64,000 nt of DNA from Malacoraja senta (Eukaryota), in assembly GCA_038087875.1 (NCBI GenBank), contig CM075993.1, forward strand, positions 3,598,001 to 3,662,000, read 5' to 3'. Below, piece by piece: positions 1-14,881 of the stretch (position 1 is its first letter; each line of letters starts with the position of its first letter). Made by a program: the position numbers and the translations under genes. Below the pieces are notes generated by a model. It saw only the letters and a program-made list of their open reading frames with translations, was not told the origin of the DNA and searched no databases.

Positions 1-95
1 ATCACTCTATGACTCTAACCTCCCATCCATTGACTCCATCTGCACCTATCACTCTATGACTCTAACCTCCCATCCATTGACTCCATCTGCACCTC
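1..95. repeat. About 48-bp tandem duplication
   Basis: atcactctatgactctaacctcccatccattgactccatctgcacct occurs twice, adjacent to a Rex1-like fragment. Confidence 0.9.
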
Positions 96-3000
96 ATGCT
101 GCCTCGGCAAGGCCACCAGCATAGTCAACGACCAATCTCACCCCGGCCACTCCCTCTCGTATCGGGGCGTGTGAAAGTGTGAAAACTCACACCTCCAGAT
201 TCAGGGACAGTTTCTTCCCAGCTGTTAACAGGCAACTGAATCATCCTCTCACCAACTAGAGAGCGTCCGTGACCTACCATCTACCTCACTGGAGAACCCT
301 TGGACTATCTTTAATCAGACTTTACTTACCTATCTTTACTGGACTTTATCTTGCACTAAACATTATTCCCTTTATCCAGTATCTGTACACAGTGGTCGGC
401 CTGTATAGTATTTACGTTGGCCGCATTGCCCGCAACAAAAAGCTTTTCATTGTACCTTGGTACACGCGGCAATAGTAACATAACTAAAACCAGATCAATA
501 GTTGGGATCATACAGCAGTCACAATGCCATTTAGGAAGGTTGTGTTCTGTAGATTTATCTCTGCTGCTGTTTAAAAATGGGTAGAAAATTGATGGATGGA
601 ATTCTTTATGGAGCTTGAGGTTAGAGCTTGAAGCAAACCACTATTGATTCTTTTTTACAATTTGCGTAAATACCATGAATAATTTTCCCATTGATAATTC
701 ACCAGTGAACAGTAACAAAGTTGTGCCATTCCTTATGCATCTTTCTGGAGAACTTCCATCCACGTCTAGGGTGCAGGAAGAGGAACCCCCCCCCCCCCCT
801 TTACCGACGTCCATGCTGGAGTAACCCAGCGGGTCAGGCAGCATCTCTGGAGCGCAGGAGGATGAGGGGTGAACTTAATACAGGTGTATAAAATCACGAG
901 AGGAATAGATCGGGTAGATGCACAGAATCTCTTGCCCAGTGTAGGGGAATCGAGGACCAGAGGACATAGGGACAAGGAGAAGCGGCTACGATGGTGCAGC
1001 GGGTAGTGTTGCTGCCTTACAGCGCTTGCAACGCCAGAGACCCAGGTTCGATGCTGAATACGGGTGCTTGTCTGTACCTTCTCCCCGTGACCCGCGTGGG
1101 TTTTCTCCGAGATCTTCAGTTTCCTTCCACACTCCAAAGACGTGCAGGTTTGTAGGTTAATTTGCTCGGTGTAAATGTAAAATTGTCCCTAGTGTGTGTA
1201 GGGTAGCGTTAGTGCGCGGGGATCGCTGGTCGGCACAGACTCGGTGGGCCGAAGGGCCTGTTTCTGTGCTGTATCTCTAAACTAAACTAAACTAAAGAAG
1301 GGGAAAAGATTTAATAGGAATCTGAGGGGTAACATTTTCACACAAAGGGTGGCGGGTGTATGGAGCGAGCTGCCAGAGGAGGTAGTTGAGGCTGGGACTA
1401 TCCCAATATTTAAGAAACAGTTAGACAGGTACATGAATAAGACAAATTTGGAGGGATATGGACCAAAGACAGGCATGTGGGACTAGTATAGCTGGGACAT
1501 GTTGACTGGTGTGGGCAAGTTGGGCCGAAGGGCCTGTTTCTACACTGTATCACTCTATGACTCTAAAAAGAATAGGTGACGTTTCGGGTCAGAACCAAGA
1601 AGGGCTATGAGCCAAACACGGGCAGAAGGGACTAGAGCAGATGGGGCATCTTGGTCAGCAGGGATGAGTTGGGCCGAAGGGCCTGTTGCCGTGCTGTATG
1701 ACCCTATGGACTCCAAGATCCAGAGCGGATGCAAGTCGTCCTCGATCTTGAGAGACTGCTCAGGAGAAAAGAAGATGTGGAACTTAGTGTGCTGTAAAGT
1801 AATCATGCAAGATAGTGTAAGATTTGCAAGGTCTTTCGCCGAAGGATTAGATTATAAATAAATTAAGTTCACTTCAGTTTAGGTGGATTCAGTCTGATTG
1901 TGGTGGAGAACTCTGCAAACTGTAGATCCTTACACCTTATCATCTGGATCAAGCGTAAACCAGTGTCTTGACATTCCATTGAGTTTCACAAGGTAGTGAT
2001 GTGGAGGTAGAAACAAGGAACTGCAGATGTTGGTTTACCCGGGAAAGGCACAAAGTGCTGGGATAACTCAGCGGGTCAGGCAGCATCCCTGGAGGACTTG
2101 CTTTGTCCTGCCCCACCTCTGTCCCAGCTCTCTTTCCTCCAATCTTTCCTCCAATCAACCCGATCTGACAACGTCACCTACCCATGTTCTCCAAAGATGC
2201 TGCCTGACCTGCTGAGTTGCTCCGGCACGTTGAGTTGTTTTTTTTTAGTGCTGGGGAGGTCACCTCCACCTTATTACCTGCCGGGTACGAACGCGAGTCA
2301 TGCTTGGACCCACGCCAAGTTTAGCAATGCGAAAAATGAATGCGGCGATTGAGGAAGAAATATTCCTGGGTCGCCTAATATTGCCGACATTTACTCATCG
2401 GCTGTGTGGTAAGATGGAGAGAAATCTTTGCGTGCTGTCCTGGCAAACGTTGCCGTGGATTGCCGTCACTCTGTGCATCGGGTAGTACAGCTGAAAAATA
2501 AACCTAGTACAGAATGGAGCATCTGCATTCTTGGCATCTTAAAGGTCATGCTTCCACCTACATATGTTGTTTGATTTATGTGGGGAATGAGTTCCAGCAA
2601 AAGAGATATTACAAAGGACGGGCCAAGTGTCTAAGAGGTATTTTGGAACAGAGTGTTCAAGAGTTTAACTTTGATGTGGTAAAAAATAGATTAGTAACTC
2701 GCTGCTCAAAGCTCATGGATAATCTTGTTCTAGGGGAGGGAGGAAGTTGATGAGAATGTCGGGAGATTAAATAATGGGCTAAATACCAGAGATTTGAACA
2801 AAGTCTTCAATGAATATTTCTCATAGGCGTTTACCACGCAGGAAGATATGGAGCCTGGAGCGTTAGGTCAAGGGGAAATGTCTGCATTTGCCAACACTGA
2901 AGCAGTGTTAGAAGTGTAGTTTAGGGACACAGTGAGGAAACAGGCCCTTCGCCCACCGAGTCCGCGCCGACCAGCGATCCCCGCACATTAACACTATCCT

Positions 3001-6000
3001 ACATAGGCTCGGGACAATTTACATTTACACCAAGCCAATTTATCCCACAAACCTGTACGTCTTTGGAGTGTGGGAGGATGCCGGAGCTTCCCGGAGAAAA
3101 CCTACGCAGGTCACGGGGAGAAGGTACAAACTCCGTACAGACAGCACCCGTAGTCAGGATTGAACGGGGGCCTCTGGCGTTGTAAGGCAGCAACTCTACC
3201 GCTGCGCCACCGTGCAGCCCAAACTTTGGTTCAATGGTTCTTTTTGGTCACATGTACCTGGGTATCGTGAAAGTCCTTCTGTGCATGGAATTCAGTAAAA
3301 AACGTACTAACCACGCAGTCTTACTTGAGTACAAGCGTGTAAGAATAGTAGACTTCACTGAGGCAGCCACACAAGAGGCACCATCTTGGACCCTTCAAGT
3401 TCTAAGTTGTTGAGAATGTAGAGTCTCAACTTGGCCTTAAAGGCCCGTAGTCCTGGTGACGGCACTGGGTGGGAGCTGCAGGGGCCACTACAAAAAACAT
3501 TGGTTTGACCCGTCACGGACTGGTCACCAAACTACAGCAAGGTGGTGAGAGCAATAGAGAGAGTGCAGAAAAGATACATTGGTGCTTGGAATTGGAGAGC
3601 TGTGGTTATCGGAGAACTGGGCTTATTATCACTGGAGGCTGAGGTGAGGTCTTGTAGAGAGATTCGTAAAATGACGAAGGGCATAGAACGGATAGATGGA
3701 CAGTCTTTTACCTAGGACGGTAATTATTGTGGATGATCAGTCATGATCACATTGAATGGCGGTGTGGCTCGAAGGGCCGAATCGCCTACTCCTGCTCCTA
3801 TTGTCTATTGTCTATTGACAGAGTACTCTGAGGTTGAGTCGTCAAGAGAGTTTATTGTCATGTGTCCCAGTTAGGACAATGGAATTATTGCTTTGCTTTA
3901 GCACAACAGAATATCGTAGGCATAAATAAATACAGAACAGATCAGTGTGTCCATATACCTTTGAATATATATACATACACACATAAATAAGCAGATGGGC
4001 TATTAATGTTCAGAGTTTTATTTGAGTTGAGTTTAATAGCCTGATGGCTGTGGGGAAGCAGCTATTCCTGAACCTGGATGTTGCAGATTTCAGGCTCCTG
4101 TACCTTCTACCTGAAGGCAGCGGGGAGATGAGTGAGTGGCCAGGATGGTGTGGGTCCTTGATGATGCTGCCAGCCCTTTTTGAGGCTGGTGAGGAGGGCA
4201 GAAATTAAAAGGAGTTCTGAGAAGTATGTTTTTCACACAAGAGACTGGTTGGAGCTGGTGCAAGAAGTGGTGGAGGCCGGTACAAAGGCAACACTAACAA
4301 GGCATTTGGATGGGTACATAGATAGGAAAGGAGCAGATTGATAAAGGCCTAATGAAGACAACTGTGATTAGTGTAAACAGGTGACATATCAGCATGGATG
4401 AGGTGGGCTCAAAGGGCCTATTCCGTGCTGTACAATTCTATGCAGGATTAGTGTACCTGGTTGGTTGATGGTCGGCGAGGACATGGTGGGCTGAAGGACC
4501 TATTTCTGTGCTGTATCTCTCATTGACTGGAACTGTAAACAAACATAAGATACTCAATCGGAATTGGAGCCACACAATGCTGGAGTAACTCAGCGGAAAT
4601 GGTGACGTCTCGGGTCGAGACCCAGTCTGAAGAAGGGTCTCGACCCAAAACGTCACCCATTCCTTCTCTCCAGACTCCCATTAGGCTGCCTGCCCCACTG
4701 AGTTACTCCAGCATTTTGTATCTATCTTCGCTGTAAACCAGCATCTGCAGTTCCTTCCTACACAGGACTTGGAGACCGAAGCGACTGCTGATGCTGGAAT
4801 CTTGAGCATGAATGAATGTGCTGGAGGAGCTCGGCAGGTCAGGCAGCATCTGTGGAGGGAGTGGATAGGTGCCGTTTTGGGTCAGGACCCTCCTTTGGGT
4901 TTAACCAGCATCTCAGGATAGAGAGAAGCCTTGATGACGAACTTGAAGCCTTGATGGCAAGGAAAGTTTAGAAGTAATAATACCAGTTTTTAGTGACAGT
5001 GGAACAGTGATGGAAATGCAATGCGTAGTTTAATTTCTTGCCATGCGTACCGAGGTACGGTGAAAAGCGTTTGTTGGGTGCTAATCAGTCAACGGAAAGA
5101 CAATACATGATTACAATCGAGCCGTCCACAGTGTACAGATACGTGATAAAGGGAATAACATGAATAATGTTTCGCTTGTTGATGAATGGAAATCCTCAGA
5201 GCAGTCGTAAAGTCCTGGGTTGACAATCCTCCATCTGTGCCGTCAATGCCTTCAGATGGGATGAGTCATTTTGTGGAGATAGAAATAGATTAAAAACTGG
5301 TTTGACTGGTTTATAGAGGAGGATTATGAAGCGAACTATGCAGGGTGTCATTTTATAGATATGTAAATTGAGTGCAGAATCCTTCCCCGTTTCATATATT
5401 TAATTATGAGGAAGGAACGAATGATTTTCACAGTGTAAATGTCAGCAGCTGATGAAAATTACGTGCACTTTTTGGGTTGTTTCATGAATGCTGCTGTTGC
5501 AACTAGCGGAGGTTGAGACAGATTTAACAGGTAATCGACCTCAACTCCCATCCCTGAGCCATAAGGTCATAAGTGATAGGAGCAGAATTTAGGCCATTTG
5601 GCCCATCAATCATGGCTGGTCTATCTCTCCCTCCTCACCCCATTCTCCTGCCTTCTCCCCATAACCCCTGACACCTGTACTAATCAAGAATGTATCTATC
5701 TCTGCCTTAAAAATATCCATTGACTTGGCCTCCACAGCCTTCTGTGGCAAAGAATTCCACAGATTCACCACCCTCTGACTAAAGAAATTCCTCCTCATCT
5801 CCTTCCCAAAGGAACGTCCTTTAATTCTGAGGCAATGACCCCCCATCGACTCTTTTAAGTCAAGACTAAAGACTTATCTATACTCCCAAGCCTTTCCTGA
5901 CGTCCTCTGAGTGAGGGCTACATGTATATATGTATTATGTAGTTTGTTTTGTTTGTGCTATTCTTATAACAAATGTAAAGCACTTTGGCCAACGAGAGTT

Positions 6001-8166
6001 GTTTTTTAAATGTGCTATATAAATAAATGTGACTTGACTTGACTTGACCTGTTGTCCGAGGCTCTCTCACTAGTGGAAACATCCTCTCCACATCCACTCT
6101 ATCCAAGTCGTTCATTTCAATTAACCCAAGTCCTTCATTTCCCTTTTATCCCCCTTCTCCACCTCCTTCCACCTATTTGACCTCCCCATGTCACCCCTCC
6201 ACCTTCCTGACACCTTTTTTGTCTCATTTTCACCTCTCGTCTTTGTCACTTACTCCACCCATCTGCTCATCAAACCCCTCTCCTGGTGGTGCCTGATTTC
6301 AAAACTGTTGCGTCTTCAGCCTAATGGGAGAGGAGAGAAGAAGGAATGACTGGGGTGTAAGTGGGTCCTTTATGTGGAATGGAAAGAACTGCAGATGCTG
6401 GTTCAAACCAAAGATAGGCACAAAAAGCTGGAGAAACTCAACGGGACAGGCAGCATCTCTGGAGAGAAGGAATGGGTGACGTTTGGGTCGAGACCCTTCT
6501 TCAGACCCTGGTCCTTGTTGGTCACTTTCCTGAGGTAGTGTGAAGTGCAGAAGGAGGCGAGAAGGAAGGGGGTGTGGGGGGGGGATGGGGGAGGGAGGCA
6601 GGGAAAGCTGATTTGTGTGTTGGGCTGGGCTGCATCCACAACTCTCTGCGATCTCTTGCAGTCTTGGACAGAACAGCTATCAAACTAAGTTGTGATGCAT
6701 TCCACCATTTTCTCGTTCCTGACAGAGGGGTCAGAAGCGACAAGCTCTGAAGTAGTGTTATTGTTCCTTTCCCTGAAACCAGCTCAATTGTATGTTTTTT
6801 ATCGCAAGGAGTTGTTACTCTGGCAGAGATGAGAGTCGTTGCCCCTTGCTCTGATTAATTTGTTTTCCGCCAATGTTCAAAGCAAATCCACTGCTAATCC
6901 ATGCATGGACTGGATCTCAGTTTGAACTATAAACACGGAGGAGGCTGACATTTGGACTAAAGCCAGATTCACTCTCGTTGCGAAGCTCTGTTTGACCATT
7001 TGCAACCTGGATCTAGGGTCTCGGAGCTGAGGACGGCACGGTGGCGCAGCGGTAGAGCTGCTGCCTCACAGCGCCAGAGACCAGGATTAGATCCCGACTA
7101 TTGGTGCTGTCGGTACGGAGTTTGTACGTTCTCCCCGTAACCAAGTGGGGTTTCCTCCGGGTGCTCCGGTTTCCTCCCACATCCCTAAGACGTGCAGGTT
7201 TGTAGGTTAATTAGCTTCTGTAAATTGTCCCTCATGCGTATGACAGAGCGAGTGTAACGGATCACTGGTCCGCGCAGACTCGGTGGGCTGTAGGGGCTGT
7301 TTTCACGCTGTTATCTCTGAAACTAAAATAGAACTATATAGCGCGGAAACAAGCCTTTGGACACATCTAATCCTTGATGCCCAAGTTAGCATTCTGGGCC
7401 TTCTCCAATTGGCCCATAGCCCACTAACCCCTTCTTACCCATATATATGTCCAAATGTCTTTTGAAAATCAGAATTGTATTCGCTTCTATGGCTTCCTCT
7501 GGAAGCTCATACCAGACATGGACTACCCTCTGCGTAAAAACTCATGCAGTTACAGGGAGAACATGCAAACTCCACACACTAACAGCACCAGAGGTTAGGA
7601 TCGTACCCGGGTCTCTGGTACTGTGGGGCAGCAGCTGCACCACTATACTGCCTGTTTTGTTTTAAACCATTAAATGTACCCTCTTCACTGGAAGATTATT
7701 CACTGGAATTTAGGATGAGAGGCAATCTTATTGAATAGAAACATATAAAATTCTTAAGGGATTGGACAGGCCAAATGGCGGAAAAATGTTCCCGATGTTG
7801 GGGGAGTCCAGAACCAGGGTCACTGTTTAAGAATAAGGGGTCGGCCATTTAGGACTGAGATGAGGAAAAGCTTTTTCATCCAGAGAGTTGTGATCTGTGG
7901 AATTCTCTGGCACAAAAGGCAGTGGAGGCCGATTCACTGGATGTTTTCAAGAGAGAGTTAGATAGAGCTCTTTGGGCTAACGGAATCAAGGGATATGGGG
8001 AGAAGGCAGGAACGGGGTACTGATTGGGGATGATCAGCCATGATCACATTGAATGGCGGTGCTGGCTCGAAGGGCCAAATGGCCTACTCCTGCACCTATT
8101 TTCTATGTTTCTTACAATGGAGCCAACTTGTCCATATACCTGCTGCTTATCACATAACGTAAACAC

Positions 8167-9590
8167 TTGCACGCTGCAACTGAAACTAGGGGCAGCCTCT
8201 GCCTACTGTCTGTTTGTTTTTCTATCTTTTTTTAATTTTTAGTTAGTTTTAAAAGTATGTGTCTTTAGTTTGTTTAACTTTTCTATGTGGGGGAGGGGGG
8301 TAGGGTAAGGGGGAAACCGTTTCCCAGTCACTTCCTGGCGAGGACGCGACTATTCTCCGAGTCTCGTCCTCGCCCCCCTCCTCGCGGCCTACCACCTGGA
8401 TTGGAGCGGCCTTTCCTGCCCGGGGACCGGACCAGAGCTCCAGCAGTGGCGACGCAACGGTGGATTCACAGCGGAGCGGGCGATGCCTTACCTGGGATCG
8501 CCGTGGAGGCTCCGGAGCGCTGGGCCTGCTGCATCTACATCGGAGCTGCAGAGCGTCCAGCACGGCCGGCGCTGTCTTCAACATTGCGGAGACCTGGGGG
8601 CCATTTGCCGAGGGCCGCCAGCGTTGAATCTCCGCCCGGCGCGGCCTGTGGACTTCGGGAGCCACGGACTCTGGTAGGAGGTGGCCGTTCGGATGTCCAA
8701 GCTGCGGAGGATGTCCTCCAGTCCCCGTAGTGGCAACAGCGGGGGCTCGGGAGCCAACCCGACCACGGGAGGACAACAGAGGAGGATGACTGAATTTTGG
8801 AGCCTTCCCTCACAGTGGGGAAACTTTGATCATTCCGAGAACAATGATGCCATTATTAAGAAAGCACATCAGCGCCTCTACTTCCTGAGAAGATTACGGA
8901 GAGTCGGTTTGTCAAGGAGGACTCTCTCTAACTTCTACAGGTGCACAGTAGAGAGCATGCTGACCGGTTGCATCGTGGCTTGGTTCGGCAACTTGAGCGC
9001 CCTGGGAGAGGAAAAGACTACAAAAAGTAGTAAACACTGCCCAGTCCATCATCGGCTCTGACCTCCCTTCCATCGAGGGGATCTACCACAGTCGCTGCCT
9101 CAAAAAGGCTGGCAGCATCATCAAGGACCCACACCATCCTGGCCACACACTCATCTCCCTACTACCTTCAGGTAGAAGGTACAGGAGCCTGAAGACTGCA
9201 ACGACCAGGTTCAGGAACAGCTACTTCCCCACAGCCATCAGGCTATTAAACCTGGCTCGGACATTAACACTGAACTTTATTAGCCAATACTGTTATTTGC
9301 ACTTTTATCAGTATATTGACCATTGTGTATATATTTTATAGAATGCCTTGTAGTAAATGCCTACTATGTTCTGTTGTGCTCAAGCAAAGCAAGAATTTCA
9401 TTGTCCTACCAGGGACACATGACAATAAACTCACTTGACTTGACTTGACTTGACTTGATCCCGCTGTGTGCGGATGTCTGTGTTAAAGACTATCGTGTGT
9501 TGTGTTCTTTATTACTCGTATGGCTGTATGGTGACCACACATTTTCACTGTATCAATTGGTACACGTGACAAATAAATGTATCTTGTATC
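8167..9590 (+). mobile_element. GC/CpG-rich unclassified retroelement-like repeat interrupted by the Rex1-like insert
   Basis: cacagtggggaaactttgat|ccgctgtg rejoins across the insert. An uninterrupted homolog of this junction lies at 50378-50585. Confidence 0.55.
8832..9458 (+). mobile_element. Rex1/Babar-like non-LTR retrotransposon 3' end
   Basis: IIKKAHQRLYFLRRLRR...NFYRCTVESMLTGCIVAWFGN (post-RT domain); aataaa plus (cttga)n tail. Related pieces at 3835-4190 (-) and 11277-11735 (-). Confidence 0.8.
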
Positions 9591-10109
9591 CGATAAGAAG
9601 GAGGAACATCAGTGGACAAGTCTTCATTGAGGTGAGTTTTGTAAAGAAAAAAATCAGTTTGTGGCTAATCAACATTTAATGAGTTTTTTGTTTTCACTGG
9701 ATGGAACATTCTGTGCTTCAAGCTGAAAGGATGTCTGTTCAATGTTTCCCTGAGTTTGCAAGGTGTGGTTGGACAATTTGTGTTTTTAACCTCGTGGCCG
9801 CACCTACGGGAGGTTGCAGCAGTCGCTGTTTGCAAGTGGCTAAAAACTGGAGTGTGACTCACCAGCTTCAAGCACGGAGACTTGGCATCAGGCAAGTCTA
9901 CTATTGTCAGTGTGGGTTAATCTCACCAGTCACATAACAGTTTTTCTCTCTCTCTCTCTCTCCCTGTACAAATGAGGCTTCTGTTGGTCTGGCCTGTGAA
10001 ATAAGTCCAGTTGAGGGAGATCTTTTGTTAGTTTTAGTTTGGAGCTGCAGGGTGGAAACAGGCCGTTCGGCCCACCGAGTCCATGCTGGCCAACAAGCAA
10101 TCGCCCATT

Positions 10110-10790
10110 TACACTGATGAAATCAGTAATGGTGTTTGAGATTGAGGCCTGGTGCTCATCTGTGGGGTCATGGTCCAAGGGTAAGTAGGAGGAGGTGTCT
10201 GTGAGTTGTCGCCGGGCCTCAGCCTGGTAGTGGTCAACGCGCCAGACTACCACGGCACCTCCCTTGTCGGTGGGTTTGATTATAATGTCAGGGTTGCAGT
10301 TGAGTGAGCGGAGGGCTGTACGTTCACAGGGGGGTGAGGTTGGAGTAGGTAAGGGGGGTGAAAAGGCTGAGACGGTTGATGTCACGCCGGCAGTTAGAAA
10401 TAAAGAGGTCTAGAGAGGATAGAAGGCCATTCTGGGGAGTCCAAGAGGAGGGGTACGTTGGGGACAGGAGAAGGGGGTCATCACTGGGTTGTGAGGACGC
10501 ATTCCCATAAAAAAAGGCGCGGAGGCGACGGAAGAAAAGCTCCACGTCCTGGCGGACCCGGAACTCATTGAGGGGGAGGGGGGGGAGGCGGAGGGGAACG
10601 AAGGCGAGGCCTCTGTTGAGGACAGACCGTTCTGTATCAGAAAGGGGGAGGTCAGGGGGGATGGTGAGGACACGAGAAGGGTGGGGGTTGGGGGTTGAGG
10701 GGGGCCGGGGAGTGGACAAAGTCCGAGGCGAGATCTGGTGGGTGGGGGGGTGGGTGTTCAGAGAGGAGGGGGGCCTGAGGACTATTGTAT
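10110..10790 (-). mobile_element. Penelope-like element ORF fragment (region N-terminal to RT), frameshifted
   Basis: Overlapping ORFs give LSDTERSVLNRGLAFVP...FFRRL...SNLT...IIIKPTDKGGAVVVW...Y; the KPxDKG motif is typical of PLE proteins. Confidence 0.85.
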
Positions 10791-11871
10791 GGGTGGTCGG
10801 GGTAAACCTGGTTAAAAGAGGGGGAGAAGGGGGAGACCGCTTTGTTTCCCTGTCTGTTTTTAATGCGATTACAGTGTGGAAGCATCTACTCCTGGATTAA
10901 AATATTGTTTTGCACGGCATAATCAGGGGATTAGTCTTGATTTATTTTTCTCATCTGACCGTTTATGGTGTTTCCAGCCGATCGGGCGATCAGCTGACGC
11001 TTCGCTGCCATCCTCCTGTCCTTGAAGGCACCTTGCCTCTGATAATGTCACGTTTCTTAGCTCTTGGCTAGCTGTGACTGAGTTCCTGTTTTCTGATGTC
11101 ATTGGTGACCCTGGGCTTGCAGGCTCCTCGTGTCCGCTGGAGTGGAAGGCTGCCTGCGTCAACAAGCCTGTCCTTCAGATTGACTCATCTACCCAGAAAT
11201 CTTTTTCACACAAAGGGTGGTGGGTGTATGGAACAAGCTGCCAGAGGAGGTAGTTCAACGTCCCTACTGGGAAGATTCAAGAGAGTTTATTGTCATGTAT
11301 CCCAGATAGGACAATGAAATTCTTGCTTTGCTTCAGCACAACAGAATATAGTAGGCATGAATACAGAACAGATCACTGTGTCCATATACCATTGTATAAA
11401 TATATACACACATTAATAAATAAAACAGATAAAATGCAAATAAACAGATAATGGGCTATTAATGTTCAGAGTTTTGTTTGAGTTGAGTTCAATAGCCTGA
11501 AGGCTGTGGGGAAGCAGCTATTCCTGAACCTGGACGTTGCAGTCTTCAGGCTCCTGTACCTTCTACCTGAAGGTAGCGGTGAGATGAGTGTGTGGCCAGG
11601 ATGGTGTGGGTCCTTGATGATGCTGCCAGCCTTTTTGAGGCAGCGACTGCGATAGATCCCCTCGATGGAAGGGAGGTCAGAGCCGATGATGGACTGGGCA
11701 GTGTTTACTACTTTTTGTAGTCTTTTTCGCTCCTAGGGATGGAGATGGGGCTACTTGAAGTTAGAGAAGTCTATTTTCTCGCTCAAACTTAAGTACACTC
11801 ACTATCACTCTTTCATTTCATTGACAACTCTCCTTAACCCTATCAATAATTAAACTCACAGAATATAGACC

Positions 11872-12343
11872 CAGGTGTCAGCTGCTCTACATCGGTGAGA
11901 CCAAGCGTAGGCTTGACGATCGCTTCGCCGAACACCTCCGCTCAGTTCACAATAACCAACCTGATCTCCCGGTGGCTCAGCACTTCAACTCCCCCTCCCA
12001 TTCCGAATCCGACCTTTCTGTCCTGAGCCTCCTCCGTGGTCAGAGTGAGTCCCACCGCAAATTAGAGGAGCAGCACCTCATATTTCGCTTGGGTAGTTTA
12101 CACCCCAGCGGTATGAACATTGACTTCTCCAATTTCAGGTAGTCCTTGCTTTCTCCCTCCTTCCCCTCCCCTTCCCAGCTCTCCCACAGCCCACTGTTTC
12201 TGCCTCTTCCTTTCTTCTTCCCGCCCCCCCCATCCCCATCCCCACATCAGTCTGAAGAAGGGTTTCGACCCGAAACGTCACCTATTCTTTCGCTCCATAG
12301 AGGCTGCCTCACCCGCTGAGTTTCTCCAGCATTTTTGTCTACA
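11872..12343 (+). mobile_element. Penelope-like 3' fragment (GIY-YIG C-terminus plus terminal repeat)
   Basis: ctctacatcggtgagaccaagcg...(YIGETKR..RF.EH), closely similar to 61860-62330; hammerhead-like core at 12252-12279. Confidence 0.85.
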
Positions 12344-13401
12344 TTCGAATATAGATCATAATCACTCATTAATAAATAGCATGAAACATTTCATTACTAT
12401 TATTGCTAGCTAATGAAATGCTTTGAAAATGTATTGGGGAACTTGCTTAAGGTGCGATTTTCGTAAATCAAGTCATTCATAACCTGGGGAGTCCCTGCAT
12501 TGAAGGTATAATTGGATTTGTTGCAGCTCATTGTGTGAATGTAATCTTGCTGGGTTATCATAGACTAAATCTCACCTGGTATAGGACAGGTTTGGAAGGA
12601 AATGGACCAAACGCAGGCAGGTGGGACAAGTAAGTATCTAGCAAAGTAAATTAGTAAATTAGTATCTAGTAAATAAAAATATCTTGTGTCGTTTTGATCT
12701 TCAAGACATTAGAGATTCGATTTTGATGCCTGGTAGTTTAAGACAGTTCAGTTTAGTTGTCACGGGTACCGAGGTACAGTGAAAAGCTTCTGTTTCGTGC
12801 TATCCAGTCAGCGGAAAGACAATACATGATTACAATTGAGCCGTTTACAGTGTGTAGATACATGATAAGGGATTAATGTTTCGGGCAAGGTAAAGCTAGC
12901 ACGGATAGTCTGAGGGTCACCAAAGAGGTAGATAGTAGTTCAGGATGGGGAATGAGGAATGAGGAGATGAGGGAGGATTTGGCCGTTGTTTTTGCGAGAA
13001 TGTTCAGAAGGATCTTGCAATTGGGAGAAGTTCAGGCTGACGGCCAGCGAGCATCAGAGAGATGCCACGATGCTCCTGGCGATGGTCAGGGGAGTCGCAT
13101 GAATGATATTCCCAGCAGGATTACAGAGGCACAAACCTTGGACCAACTCAGGGGACAGATGGTGTGTAGGAGGAAAGCTCTTGGGTTTATCTGGAAGGAT
13201 GAACTAAGATGATTCAATAAAAAACACCTTTGTCTCATGGTCTCATCGACAAGTGGTGCCGTGATGTAGAAACATGCGCCAAAGTGGATGGGGGGGAGGG
13301 GAGAGGGGGAAGGAATCTGGGTCCGTTTATTTTCAATGGAATAAAAATATACTGCAGATGCTGGTTTATACCAAAGATAGGCACAACATGCCGACCATCA
13401 A

Positions 13402-13770
13402 ATTCTTGATCGAATCCAACCTTTCTGTCCTGGGCCTCCTCCGTGGCCAGAGTGAGGACTACCGTAAATTGAAGGAGCAACACCTCATATTTCGCTTGGG
13501 CAATTTGCACCCCAGCGCTATGAACATTGACTTCTCTAATTTCAGGTAGTCCTTACTTTCTCCTCCCCTTCACAGCTCTCCCTCAGCCCACTGGCTCCAC
13601 CTCTTCCTTTCTTCTTCCCCCCCCCCCCCCCACATCAGTCTGAAGAAGGGTTTCGGCCCCGAAACGTTGCCTATTTCCTTCGCTCCACAGATGCTGCTGC
13701 ACCCGCTGAGTTTCTCCAGCATTTTTGTCTACCTTTGATTTTCTAGCATCTACAGTTCCTTCTTAAACAT
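13402..13770 (+). mobile_element. Penelope-like 3' fragment plus terminal repeat
   Basis: Same sequence family as 11990-12343 and 61990-62360. Confidence 0.8.
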
Positions 13771-14881
13771 CAAGTTCTTGATGTGGCTGGACCTGGACAA
13801 GTTGTTGGTGATATTTATAATATGCTGCCTGACCTGTTTAATTTTTCCAGCATTTTGCATTTTCTGGGGGGTTTTTCTAATCCCCTACACATTAGACTCG
13901 CTGCCAGGAAGCTCCCACCACCTCGTTGTAAACAACTCGTTACAAAGGTTACGTAGCCTAACATGCTGATAATTGTTCCCACTACGCCATTTTGATGCAT
14001 CCTATCGTAGACACTCCCTTTGCTCGCTACACCGCCTTCCCCACCCTACCACCAACTGAAAGCCTTGCCCGTTTCTCTCTATCAAAGTTCTGGTGGAGTG
14101 TCGCAGAACCGAAACGTTGACTGTTTAACCACCCGCAGATGCAGTCTGACCTGCTGTGTCCTCCAGCATTTTCATTACCATGTCGCTCCCTATAAGAATT
14201 TGTTACACGCCAACCGCCTGCCATGTGTTCCGCATTGCATCCGTAACTACCGTTGACTGCCCCCCAAGGCTCTAAAGTGTTTTGGGTTGTACAATATATT
14301 TTGTGGAGACGTTGACTCCTTCTCAGCTTGTGACCACATCAGGTGGGTGTTCAGAGGAAGTAACCCTTGTTCGCTGGGCAGACGATGTTGCAGGATCTGG
14401 GTCCACAAAGCCGCCTGGTCTTTACTTCCTCTCCTTGCGTATGGCGTGCACAGTCTAAAGTTGCAGGACAACTTGTTCTATTTGATCTTATTTGATTATG
14501 CACTTGATTGTTGATTGCATTCGTCGAAACAGGGTGGACCACGTGAAGGTTGCAACCTCCCACCCCGCCTGGTCTCTAATTTGATTACAGAGAATTTCCT
14601 GAGAATCGTAACGTAAATGCAAGTCCTGTAAACAGCCGCAAGCAATCTACCTCCAACTAGAGTGACCCGGAGGCACAAAAGGCTGCAGATGCGGTAATCT
14701 GGAGCAAAAAAAGAAACAAACACTGTGGCGCAGTGGTAGAGTTGCTGCCTCACAGCGACAGAGACCCCGGTTCGATCCTGACTACGGGTGCTGTCTGTGC
14801 GGAGTTTGCACGTTCTCCCTGGGTTTTCTCCTGGTGCTCCGGTTTCCTCCCACACTCCAAAGACGTATGGGTTTGTAAGTT

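Noticed and set aside
6850..6900. TAATCC/TAAT motifs as a CRX/OTX retinal enhancer for CPLX3
   Set aside because: Short motifs expected by chance; no conservation data available.
8249..8813. Long overlapping GC-rich ORFs or a CpG-island promoter
   Set aside because: They lie within a repeat-like element, are open on both strands because of GC content, and show no recognisable protein.
9591..9637. Strong donor-like GAG|gtgagt as a possible earlier LMAN1L exon
   Set aside because: No acceptor (it is preceded by a repeat tail) and no frame resembles LMAN1. Earlier exons were not found in 1-17168 and may lie outside the window or have been missed.
12952..13212. 86-aa ORF and similar coding-looking stretches (1710-1810, 2520-2900, 55440-55720)
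   Set aside because: No splice pattern or family match; they look like decayed LINE coding sequence.
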